Assembly (NCBI GenBank): GCA_965221775.1
Contig: CBDCSU010000005.1
Span: 992,001 to 1,056,000, forward strand
Source of the DNA: Candidatus Latescibacterota bacterium
Lineage (GTDB): Bacteria > Latescibacterota > UBA2968 > UBA8231
Reading direction: 5' to 3'
DNA length: 64,000 nucleotides
The number at the start of each line of letters is the position of its first letter. Position 1 is the stretch's first letter. Positions 48,732-57,258 of this stretch are shown here, in pieces. A program made the translations under genes and the position numbers. The notes below the pieces were generated by a model. The model was not told the DNA's origin. It did not search any database and worked only from the letters and a program-made list of their open reading frames with translations.

Positions 48732-49481
48732 ATGGAAACCCTGTTCCGCCCCTATGAGTTTGGCGCCGACGAGCGGGCCGTCCTCGACCGCGACGGACAC
48801 TTCGCGCTGCCCGGGATCCTGACCGACTCGGCCCGCACCCACCTGACCGCGGCCCTGGCCCGCATCCAGGCGATGCCGCGCGAGGACGAGGACCATCCCC
48901 CCCAGCGGTTCTCCGCCGAGTTCGATTTCTGCCTCGAGAGCCTGATCGGCCATCCGCAGTTGCTGGACCTCGTGCGCCGGGTGCTGGGGGCGGAGATCCG
49001 CTACGACCACTGCGTGGCCCTCAACCGCGAGGGCGGCAACCAGGGGAGCCGCTGGCACAGCCACGAGTACGCCGACGACGACCCGTCCCTGGGCTTCGTG
49101 CGCGTGTTCTTCTACGTCAACGGCTTCGCGGCCGACGACGGCGGCCTGAAGGTGGTTCCGGGGAGCCACCTGTATCGGGACCCGGCCATCACCGCCGACT
49201 CCGATGCCGCCCTGGAGCAGGGATGGATGGCGGGGAAGGCGCATCCGGCCAGCGGCCAACCACTCCGTATCGAGGAGCTCTCCGTGCCGCCGGGGACGGT
49301 GGTGCTCATGTGGACCCATGCGGCCCACGGAGTCAACCCGCGCAAGGATCAGAGCGACACCCGCTGGTGCGTGGTCTACGCGTACCGCAACCCGGGGCGG
49401 GAGTCGCGGGCGCGGTGGCTCACTCCGAGCTTCGAGAACAAGAAGATCAAGGGCGCGGAAGGGCTGATGAGCTTGTACTGA
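48732..49481 (+). CDS. PhyH-family dioxygenase with atypical HxH motif
   Basis: DRDGHF, WHSHEY, GGLKVVPGSH and THAAHGV...R motifs. Confidence 0.8.
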   Translation: METLFRPYEFGADERAVLDRDGHFALPGILTDSARTHLTAALARIQAMPREDEDHPPQRFSAEFDFCLESLIGHPQLLDLVRRVLGAEIRYDHCVALNREGGNQGSRWHSHEYADDDPSLGFVRVFFYVNGFAADDGGLKVVPGSHLYRDPAITADSDAALEQGWMAGKAHPASGQPLRIEELSVPPGTVVLMWTHAAHGVNPRKDQSDTRWCVVYAYRNPGRESRARWLTPSFENKKIKGAEGLMSLY

Positions 49482-49516
49482 GGAGGCAGGGCGCCAACTC
49501 CATACGGCGCCGCGGC

Positions 49517-50944
49517 TCAGGCGACGCCGGCCAGCGCCTCCCTCCCGAACCGCTCGACGGCCTCCAGGGTCTCGCGCACGTCCACCCAGGTGGTGGTGTG
49601 GTTGACGATGCACAGCCGGAGGGCAAAGGTCCCGTGAAGACTGGTCGATGAAATGAAGGCACGGTCGTCCCAGAACACGCGGGCCAGGACGGTCTTGTTG
49701 ACCTCGTTCAGCACCTCCTCATCGAGGTCGGTCTCCGCGGGCCTGACCCGGAAGCAGACGATCCCCAAAGACGCGGGATTCGCGATCTCCAGGTCCGGAC
49801 TCTCCCGGACGTAGCTCTCGGCCCGGGACGCGAGCTCCATCCCCCGGGAGACGGCGCTTCGGAAGGCGGCCATCCCGAAGGTCTGAATCGACACCCAGAC
49901 CTTCAGGGCGCGGACCGAGCGGCTCAGCTGCAGGCCGCGGTCGGAGAAGTTCGGGTGATTGGCGCCCCATACCGTGTCCTGCAGGACATCGTGCTTGACC
50001 GCGAAAGCCCGCTCCAGCGCGCCCAGTTCCTTCACCAGGAGGAGGCCCGCCTCGTAGGGCTGGAAGAACCACTTGTGGGCGTCGAGCCCGATCGAGTCGG
50101 CGCGCTCGATTCCGCGCAGAAGCCCCTTGCCTTCCTCCGTCACCATGGCGAAGCCCCCGTACGCGGCGTCCACGTGCAGCCAGACTCCCTCGGCCTCGCA
50201 GAAGTCGGCCATGGCTTCGAGGGGGTCGATCGCCCCGGTGCTGGCCGCACCGGCGTTGGCGCATACCGCGATGGGGTGGAACCCGGCCGTGCGATCGTCG
50301 GCGACAGCGCGCGCGAGGGCCTCCACGTCCAGGCGGAAGCGTCGGTCCACCGGGATCATTCGCACGCACTCCGGGCGAACGCCGACGATCCGCGCCGCGC
50401 GGAGGTGGGCGCTGTGGCTCTGGTCGCTCATGTACACGGTCGCGCCCTCGGGGTGGCCGGCCTCCTCCCGTGCCGCGACGAAGGCATCTACGCTGGCCGC
50501 CGATCCCCCGCTCGTGAAGAGCCCGCCCGCGGTCTCCGGGTAGCCGACCCAGCGCCGGACCCAGTCGAGGACGACCAGCTCGAGCTGACTCGGACCGCTG
50601 GAGGTCAGCCAGGTGCACTGGTTGACGTGATAGCCGGCGGCCATGAAGTCGGCCAGCACTCCCGGCCAGGTGGGCGATGAGGGGATGAACCCGAAGAACC
50701 GGGGGTGATCGATCCGCGCCGCGACCGGCAGGATCTGTCGGGCGGCGTGCTCCAGGACCTCCGCCGCGGGACGGCCGTTCTCGGGCGGGTCCTCCCCCAG
50801 TCGGGCCTCCAGCTCCTGGCGGAAGTCTCCCTCCCAGGCGCTCTCCTCGGGCAGGCTCTCGATGCGCTCCACGATGAGCTCGGCCGTCCGTTGGGCCAGT
50901 TCGAGCATCGCCTCGGGAGGCATTTGCAGACCGTCGTCTGACAC
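49517..50944 (-). CDS. PLP-dependent group II amino-acid decarboxylase
   Basis: HPRFFGFI, TSGGS, HVDAAYGG and DAHKW motifs. Confidence 0.9.
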   Translation of the reverse strand: MSDDGLQMPPEAMLELAQRTAELIVERIESLPEESAWEGDFRQELEARLGEDPPENGRPAAEVLEHAARQILPVAARIDHPRFFGFIPSSPTWPGVLADFMAAGYHVNQCTWLTSSGPSQLELVVLDWVRRWVGYPETAGGLFTSGGSAASVDAFVAAREEAGHPEGATVYMSDQSHSAHLRAARIVGVRPECVRMIPVDRRFRLDVEALARAVADDRTAGFHPIAVCANAGAASTGAIDPLEAMADFCEAEGVWLHVDAAYGGFAMVTEEGKGLLRGIERADSIGLDAHKWFFQPYEAGLLLVKELGALERAFAVKHDVLQDTVWGANHPNFSDRGLQLSRSVRALKVWVSIQTFGMAAFRSAVSRGMELASRAESYVRESPDLEIANPASLGIVCFRVRPAETDLDEEVLNEVNKTVLARVFWDDRAFISSTSLHGTFALRLCIVNHTTTWVDVRETLEAVERFGREALAGVA

Positions 50945-51087
50945 CAGCTGCTCCTCTTGGAACCGGCCGCGTCACTCCGGCGAGCGGTCCATCGAGGACC
51001 GGCATGCGCGCTCGTGCTCGGGACGGATACTTGGGGTGGAGCGGACAAGGTAGCGAATCCGGGGACATGGAGGCGAGGCTCCGATGT

Positions 51088-51116
51088 TTGCACCATGGCA
51101 TGAGATAGGGTACTAT
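51088..51116 (+). promoter_or_regulatory. Sigma70-like promoter of the antitoxin-RES operon
   Basis: TTGCAC-N17-TACTAT. Confidence 0.6.
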
Positions 51117-51151
51117 CGGCACTAGTCATGAATATCATGAAAGGTGGCGCT

Positions 51152-51823
51152 ATGGCCAGCCAGTACGAAAAACTCTCCTTTCTCCATCTCCGGTCCGACG
51201 AGGTCGAGGAGCTGCCGGCGGGGCTCAAGGAGAGGTTCGGAACCAGGTTCGAGTCGGCGGACGAGTGGATTCTCCTCGGCACCGCGGACCGACAGCTTGC
51301 CAGGCTGGCCGATCACGTGATCCGGGTCCTGGCAATGAAGGGGGCGGAAAGCGCCCGCGATCTCAGCGAGCGCAACATCGAGCAGTTGGTCGATTTCCTG
51401 CTGTCGCGTGCCCCTCATGCCGATGTCGAGACCGACCTCGATATCGACAACGTCCAGCTTCGTGCCGACTACCTGGAACGAACTTCGGTATTGACGGCGG
51501 CCGAAGTCCGTGCCGCGTCCGACCTCAGGCCGCGCAACAGGAGCGAACCGGCATCGCGCTGGAAACGGGAAGGCAGGATCTTCGCGGTGCGCTGCCAGGG
51601 CATCGACCGCTACCCCGCGTTTCAATTCCAGGACGGGGCGCCGCGTCCCGCGATCAAGGACATACTCGCCGCCCTTCCCAAAGGGACGACGGCATGGCAG
51701 ACGGCGCTGTGGTTCGCCTCCGGTAATGGCTGGCTCGACGGCGCCGAACCGCAGCAGCGACTGGATGACGGCGATCAGGTAGTCCAGGCCGCCAGACGAC
51801 TCGCCCAGCCCGCGTTCGGATAA
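51152..51823 (+). CDS. Xre/MbcA-like antitoxin of the RES toxin
   Basis: RWKREGRIFAV, YPAFQF and WF.S.NGWLDG..P motifs. Lies immediately upstream of the RES gene. Start may be 51128. Confidence 0.75.
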   Translation: MASQYEKLSFLHLRSDEVEELPAGLKERFGTRFESADEWILLGTADRQLARLADHVIRVLAMKGAESARDLSERNIEQLVDFLLSRAPHADVETDLDIDNVQLRADYLERTSVLTAAEVRAASDLRPRNRSEPASRWKREGRIFAVRCQGIDRYPAFQFQDGAPRPAIKDILAALPKGTTAWQTALWFASGNGWLDGAEPQQRLDDGDQVVQAARRLAQPAFG

Positions 51824-51832
51824 GGGCCGGCC

Positions 51833-52471
51833 GTGGAGTCTCTCCCAAGGCCCCCGGCCGTCCTGGCGAAACCCAATCTCACCCTGCTAGAGGCCGGGGC
51901 TCAGTTGCATCGTGTCCACGACCGGGGGCTCGCCCCGAATGCCTTCAACCCCTGCCAGGGCGGCCCCACACGCTTTGCCCCCATCCGGGACGGCAACGGG
52001 CGGTGCGTTCCATCCCTGTACGCCGGCAGGACACTCGTTTCGGCCATCTACGAGACGGTCTTCCATGACGTGCCGGCCGCGGTGGAGCACAAGACCGTGC
52101 CGAGATACCAGATCCACCGCCGGTCGCACGGCACGCTTCAACTGCGGCGCGCCATCCGCTTGGCCAATCTGCGCGCTGCAGACCTCAGGAAGTGGAACGT
52201 CACGCGAGCGGACCTGATAGCCAGCCCGCCGACCTGCTACGGCCGGACGGTAGAGTGGGCCCGGGCGATCCATGGTCGGTTCCCGGATGTAGAAGGGCTG
52301 ATCTGGACCTCGAACCAGTGCGACCCCGATGACGTTCTCGTTCTTTTCGGGGACCGTGTGGCCGAAGCGGACCTCGAAATCGCAGCGGTTCGGGACGGTG
52401 GTTCGGATGCGTCGTTCCTGGAGGACGTGCGCGTCGCCGGTGAACGGGCCGGGATCCGGATCACGGTCTGA
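51833..52471 (+). CDS. RES-domain toxin
   Basis: FNP...TRF, SLYAG, ETVFHD, GLIWTS and LFGDR motifs. Confidence 0.85.
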   Translation: MESLPRPPAVLAKPNLTLLEAGAQLHRVHDRGLAPNAFNPCQGGPTRFAPIRDGNGRCVPSLYAGRTLVSAIYETVFHDVPAAVEHKTVPRYQIHRRSHGTLQLRRAIRLANLRAADLRKWNVTRADLIASPPTCYGRTVEWARAIHGRFPDVEGLIWTSNQCDPDDVLVLFGDRVAEADLEIAAVRDGGSDASFLEDVRVAGERAGIRITV

Positions 52472-52512
52472 GGGGCCTTCGTGGCCATCTCCCCTCCGAT
52501 ATAGGAACTCCA

Positions 52513-53124
52513 ATGGACAAGACCGCCCGAACCTCCGAACCCATCCACGCCCTGCTGAGCCAGCGCTGGAGTCCCCGCGCCTTTGCCGACCGCCCGGTGG
52601 AGCCAGCCAGGCTGGTCGCTCTGCTCGAGGCGGCTCGCTGGGCTCCCTCCTCCTACAACGAGCAGCCCTGGCACTTCCTCCTCGCCCCCAGAGACGACAC
52701 CGAGGCCTTCGACCGGCTCGTGGGCTGCCTCTCACGCGGCAACGCCAGCTGGGCCGGCAAGGCCCCGGTGCTCATGCTGGCGGTGGCGCAGCTGGTCGAC
52801 GAAGACGGCGACCCCAACCGTCACGCCTTCTACGACGTGGGTCAGGCCGTGGCGCAGATGGCCCTCCAGGCCCTCGACCTGGGACTCTACATGCATCAGA
52901 TGGCCGGCTTCGACGTGGAGAAGGCCCGGCAGGTCTTCGCGATCCCGGCCCGGTTCGAGCCCGCCGCAGCGATCGCCCTCGGCTACCTCGGGGACCCGGC
53001 CGATCTGCCTGAGCGCTACCGCGAGGGAGAGGCACGGCCACGCAGCCGCAAGGCCTTGGCCGAGTTCGTCTTTGCCGGCCAATGGGGACAGACGACGTCG
53101 CTGGTCCAAGCGGAGTCGCGCTGA
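52513..53124 (+). CDS. Nitroreductase family protein
   Basis: RWSPRAF, ARWAPSSYNEQPW and HQMAGFD motifs. Confidence 0.9.
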   Translation: MDKTARTSEPIHALLSQRWSPRAFADRPVEPARLVALLEAARWAPSSYNEQPWHFLLAPRDDTEAFDRLVGCLSRGNASWAGKAPVLMLAVAQLVDEDGDPNRHAFYDVGQAVAQMALQALDLGLYMHQMAGFDVEKARQVFAIPARFEPAAAIALGYLGDPADLPERYREGEARPRSRKALAEFVFAGQWGQTTSLVQAESR

Positions 53125-53153
53125 GGATCGCCGTCGGCCGTCGGGATCGCGCG

Positions 53154-54053
53154 CTACAGGCGCTGGGCGACCTCCACGGGCAGGCCGTCCCCGGCGTCGA
53201 GGGTGATCGACCGGATGGGCACGCCGAGGGCCAGATCGCGCTCCGCCGGCGGTCCGGGGTGGCCCGTCTCCCTGGCCAGGGCGTCCACGTCATCGGTCCA
53301 GAGGCCGAAGGAGCCCACGAAACCGCGGCCCAGGCGGTCGGTGTTGGCGCCGTTCTTCGGAGCGCCCAGCTCCATGTCGCACATGCCGGCGGCGAAGACG
53401 TTCTGCTCGTGCGTGGCGCTCTCGGAGTGGTGGATGACGGGCAAGCCCAGCTGGTCGCCGTACAACTCCTTCCCCCTCGCCATGTCCGGACACTGCATGG
53501 CCATGTGGTCGAAGCCCTTGATGAGCCCGCCCGTGGAGAGGTTGGCGATCCTCTGCTTCTCCCTGCGCCGCTCCTGGTTGTGGAGGGTGGGATCGATGAT
53601 CTCGGATATCTGGATGGTGTATCCGTTGGGGTCGACGAACTCCAGCAGGCTCCTCTGCATGTAGGCGTGGTTCATCGGCTGCACGCTGGGCCCGTCCTTG
53701 GCGCCGGGAGACCAGGCGAAGCCGTCCTTCAGATGGGACCATGCGTGGAAGTTGCCCTCCACGTAGAAGGACCAGTGGCCGACGGAGCCCCAGGCCTCCT
53801 GCATCCTCTCTCCCTCGGGCGGCTTCATGGGCGCGGTCTCGTCCTCGCGCAGGACGAGGAAGGAGTCTCCCACCTGGAGGACGGCCTCGCGGTGGCCGCT
53901 CCCGGAAGCGGCGCTGTCGACCCACTCGCCCCTCTCGTTGAGCACCGCCGTCGTGTTCTGCAGCTCCGTCAGGCCGAGGTTCCTGCCGTAGACCTCCCTG
54001 CACTCCTCCAGGAGGCGCGTCCGCATCTCGATGTACGCAATGCCCGTTATCAT
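53154..54053 (-). CDS. Two-domain VOC/glyoxalase protein
   Basis: ITGIAYI..YG..LGL, FVDPNGYTIQI and IKGFDHMA..YGDQLGL motifs. Confidence 0.7.
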   Translation of the reverse strand: MITGIAYIEMRTRLLEECREVYGRNLGLTELQNTTAVLNERGEWVDSAASGSGHREAVLQVGDSFLVLREDETAPMKPPEGERMQEAWGSVGHWSFYVEGNFHAWSHLKDGFAWSPGAKDGPSVQPMNHAYMQRSLLEFVDPNGYTIQISEIIDPTLHNQERRREKQRIANLSTGGLIKGFDHMAMQCPDMARGKELYGDQLGLPVIHHSESATHEQNVFAAGMCDMELGAPKNGANTDRLGRGFVGSFGLWTDDVDALARETGHPGPPAERDLALGVPIRSITLDAGDGLPVEVAQRL

Positions 54054-54078
54054 TTTGTGGCCCCCGCGTTGACCGCGT

Positions 54079-54663
54079 CTACCATCGTCCTTTGAGCCGG
54101 CCCCAGGACTTTCCCGTCACCGCCGTGCCAGCGGATTCCGGGTAGAAACCGGAGACCACGACGACACCCTGGCCGAAGGCGGAGAAGGGGACGGCGTAAC
54201 CCACCTTGGGCGAGCCGGTCTCCTCGTCCCCCTCTATGGCGGGATTGTCGAAGAGATAGTCGACGTAACCGCCCCCCTTGGCCGCCGCGGCGAGCAGCTC
54301 CTGGATGAATTTGACCCCATTGCCGTACTCGAAGTCCCACAGGCTTACGCCCTCGAGAGCCTGATTCGCTCCGTGAAAGGCGATGGTGCCATCGGGAAGC
54401 AGGACATAGATGTAGATCTCCCCCTGCCTCCAGCGTCCCTCGACCCGGAACTCCTCCAGAATACCCAGGTACTCGGCCACGGTCGTGGCCTGCCCGGCGT
54501 ACGCCACCGCCGCGTGGACAAACTCCTTCAGGGTTTCCCGGTCCACCACGTCCGCCGCGGTAATCTCCGAGTCCTGGGCGGAGGCGGGATGGGCGGCCGG
54601 CCCGAGGGCGGCCAGCGCCAGGATGGCCAGCGCCAGGATGGTTGCTGCTGTCAGAGGCTTCAT
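54079..54663 (-). CDS. Secreted single Cache-domain protein with C-terminal SWGxLK motif
   Basis: Signal peptide (ASA-Q), IYIYV..DGT..FHGAN, GGGYVDY.F.NP, K..YA, SGFY and AVTGKSWGRLK. Confidence 0.78.
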   Translation of the reverse strand: MKPLTAATILALAILALAALGPAAHPASAQDSEITAADVVDRETLKEFVHAAVAYAGQATTVAEYLGILEEFRVEGRWRQGEIYIYVLLPDGTIAFHGANQALEGVSLWDFEYGNGVKFIQELLAAAAKGGGYVDYLFDNPAIEGDEETGSPKVGYAVPFSAFGQGVVVVSGFYPESAGTAVTGKSWGRLKGRW

Positions 54664-54681
54664 GGCTTCTCCTCTCCTTGC

Positions 54682-55251
54682 CTACAGTCGTCCTTTGAGC
54701 TGTCCCCAGGACTGTCCCGTCACCGCCGTGCCGGGGGATTCCGGGTAGAAGCCGGAGCCAACGACGACATCCTGGCCGAAGGCGGAGAAGGGGACGACGT
54801 AGCTCACCTTCGGCGAGCCGCTCTCTTCGTCCCCCTCTATCGCGGGATTGTCGAAGAGATACTCGACGTAGCCGCCCCCCTCGGCCGCCGCGGCGAGCAG
54901 CTCCTGGGTATACTTGACGCCGTTGGCGTCCTCCGCGTCATAGATGTTCTGGCCGTCGAGATCGGGATTCGCTCCGTGGAAGAGAAGGGTGCCGTCAAGA
55001 AGCCCGACAAAGATGTAGATCGATCCGTGCTTCCAGCGTCCCTCGACTCGGAACTCCTGCAGGAGACCCATGTACTCGGCCACGGTCGTGGCTTGCTCGG
55101 CGTACGCCACCGCCGCGTGGACAAAGTCCCTCAGGGTTTCCCGGTCCACGACGTCCGCCGCGGTGATCTCCGAGTCCTGGGCGGAGGCGGGATGCGGGGC
55201 GGTCCAGAGGGCGGCCAGCGCCAGGATGGTTGCTGCTGTCAGAAGTCTCAT
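54682..55251 (-). CDS. Secreted single Cache-domain protein, tandem paralog
   Basis: Close copy of the downstream gene. Ends AVTGQSWGQLK. Confidence 0.78.
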   Translation of the reverse strand: MRLLTAATILALAALWTAPHPASAQDSEITAADVVDRETLRDFVHAAVAYAEQATTVAEYMGLLQEFRVEGRWKHGSIYIFVGLLDGTLLFHGANPDLDGQNIYDAEDANGVKYTQELLAAAAEGGGYVEYLFDNPAIEGDEESGSPKVSYVVPFSAFGQDVVVGSGFYPESPGTAVTGQSWGQLKGRL

Positions 55252-55434
55252 GGTTTCTCCTTTCCTGCCAAGATGGTGTTCGACCTGTGAATCAGAGGGA
55301 CGGGGGGATTCCAGGCAAGGGGTGGAGGGCTCGGCATCCATCCACGGCCTGTCTCGGGGAGGGATGCCCTTCGCGGATTACCTGGACGGAATCAACGAGG
55401 TATACGGGAGAGATATGAGAGATCGGCCCTGTAC

Positions 55435-55629
55435 ATGACCATTCGGCTGAACTGGCGGATCATCCAGGCCCCGATGCGCCTGGTGGACTACGTGGTGGTC
55501 CACGAGTTGGTGCACCTGCGGCACCGTGGCCACGGGCGGGACTACTGGCAGGCCCTGGGGCGGATCATGCCGGACTATGAGCGCCGGCGGGAGGATCTGC
55601 GGCGGCAAGGGGTGGGGTTGGCGTGGTAG
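55435..55629 (+). pseudogene. C-terminal fragment of an M48/YgjP (DUF45) metallopeptidase
   Basis: IRLNWRI...DYVVVHELVH..H...YW..L...PDY. The N-terminal two thirds are missing. Confidence 0.75.
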
Positions 55630-57253
55630 GGGAGTGGTTGGCCGGCACGATCGTCACGTCCACCTCGTCGACGACGATCGGGTCGGGGTCCGGCACCGCG
55701 CCGGCGTCCACCATGCCGGAAAACAGGAGCGTCAGCGTGAGATCGTTGTCGCCGGGCACCACCAGTCCGGGGGTCAGGTCGATGACGACGGTGGTGTGCG
55801 GCGGCAGCGGCCGGCCCGCCTCGGCCGGGCGCCCCTCGCGGTGGTACACGCGGCGGAGCTGATCGGCGGCAACCTCGGTCCCGTTGAGGTGGACGGCGAT
55901 CCGGTCGGCCGGTCCCAGGCCGACGGCGCGGAGGAACAGCGTGGCGCTGGCGGCATCCCCCACCTCCTCGAACAGCCGGAACCGGTAGCTCGCCGACGGA
56001 CGGCCCGGCTCGCGCGGCAGAACCAGCTTCCGGTCCTTCATCGTCCCGCAGACGTTGGTGCCGGATGGGCTGATGCCGTGGTAGCCGCCCCACATCGAGC
56101 GGTAGGTGTAGTGACGGACGCCGCCTGCCACGCGCTCGGGGTCGCGCGCCTCTCGCAGCAGGCGGAAGGCCATCGGCCAGCCGGTCTCGGCGCCGCGCCG
56201 GCCGGAACGGAACCCGCCCCAGTGTTTCTGGAAGTTGTAGACGGACATGCCGTCGGCGCCCTGCTGGCGCAGGGCATGGGCGAGGGCGCGGTAGTTCTCC
56301 GCCGTCGCCGGCGGGCCGAAGCTCTCGCGCGAGCAGCAGTACGGCTGCACGCCGGGGTAGAGCCGGCACGGTGTCCCGGCGGTGAGGGCACGGAACTCCT
56401 CGTAGTCGGCGTTGAAGTTCGTGAAGGCCGAGTCCATGGGGGCGACGAAGTCGACCAGCCCGCCGCCGATCCATGCAGGCACGTCCAGCCCGACGGCGTG
56501 ACAGTCCTCCAGGGTCTCCGGCACCAGCACGCCCAGCTCCAGCCGCCGCCCGCGCTCGCCGCCATGCTCGTCGAGCATGGCGCGCAGCCGCTCGATCAGG
56601 CCGGTCATGAGCGGCTGCCGCTCGCGGGCCAGGCTCCGGTCGCCGCCGGGGGCGGGGAAGTACAGGCCGTCGCGCATGGTGAGCAGGACGCCGTCCACGT
56701 CGAAGCGCGACACCACCTCCGCGACGACCGAGTACAGGTAGTCGCGCACCTCGGGGACCGTGAAGTCCATCCGGTTGCCCGGCAGGAAGGCGCCGCCGGG
56801 CGGCACGTCGGTGATCTTCCACTGCGGGTTGCGGTGCAGGAACATGCCGCCCTGGTCGGGCGCGCCGTGGTTGTCGTTGACCCGGAACCCGGCCACGAAG
56901 CGCATGCCGCGCTCCCGGCAGCGCTCCAGCATCACCCGCAGCGGCATGATGCCGTCGTCCATCATCGGCAGGAACCGCCGGTGCTGCGGGCGCGCGTCGT
57001 ACTCGAAGCCCTCGGAGCGGAAGTACATGGTCCAGCCGGCGTTGTAGACCTCCTGCACGAACACGTCGGCGGTGCTGGTGGCCACTCGGTCGATGAACGT
57101 TCGGAGCTCTTCCGGCTTGGCCGGGTGCGAGGTGATCAGCGGGCGGGCGTCGCCCGGGTCGAAGTCGTAGTTGGCCACGTTGGACGGATCGCTGACATAG
57201 ACCAGCTCCCAGTCCCGCGGCGGCCGGGTGTCGGGGGGCTTCGCGGCGGGCAT
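55565..57253 (-). CDS. Glycoside hydrolase-like 10 / TIM-barrel protein
   Basis: GFRVNDNH, HRNPQW, MDFTVPEVR, FDVDGV, GLDVPAWI and GADG..YNF motifs. Confidence 0.6.
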   Translation of the reverse strand: MPAAKPPDTRPPRDWELVYVSDPSNVANYDFDPGDARPLITSHPAKPEELRTFIDRVATSTADVFVQEVYNAGWTMYFRSEGFEYDARPQHRRFLPMMDDGIMPLRVMLERCRERGMRFVAGFRVNDNHGAPDQGGMFLHRNPQWKITDVPPGGAFLPGNRMDFTVPEVRDYLYSVVAEVVSRFDVDGVLLTMRDGLYFPAPGGDRSLARERQPLMTGLIERLRAMLDEHGGERGRRLELGVLVPETLEDCHAVGLDVPAWIGGGLVDFVAPMDSAFTNFNADYEEFRALTAGTPCRLYPGVQPYCCSRESFGPPATAENYRALAHALRQQGADGMSVYNFQKHWGGFRSGRRGAETGWPMAFRLLREARDPERVAGGVRHYTYRSMWGGYHGISPSGTNVCGTMKDRKLVLPREPGRPSASYRFRLFEEVGDAASATLFLRAVGLGPADRIAVHLNGTEVAADQLRRVYHREGRPAEAGRPLPPHTTVVIDLTPGLVVPGDNDLTLTLLFSGMVDAGAVPDPDPIVVDEVDVTIVPANHSPTTPTPPLAAADPPAGAHSPA

Positions 57254-57258
57254 CGTCG

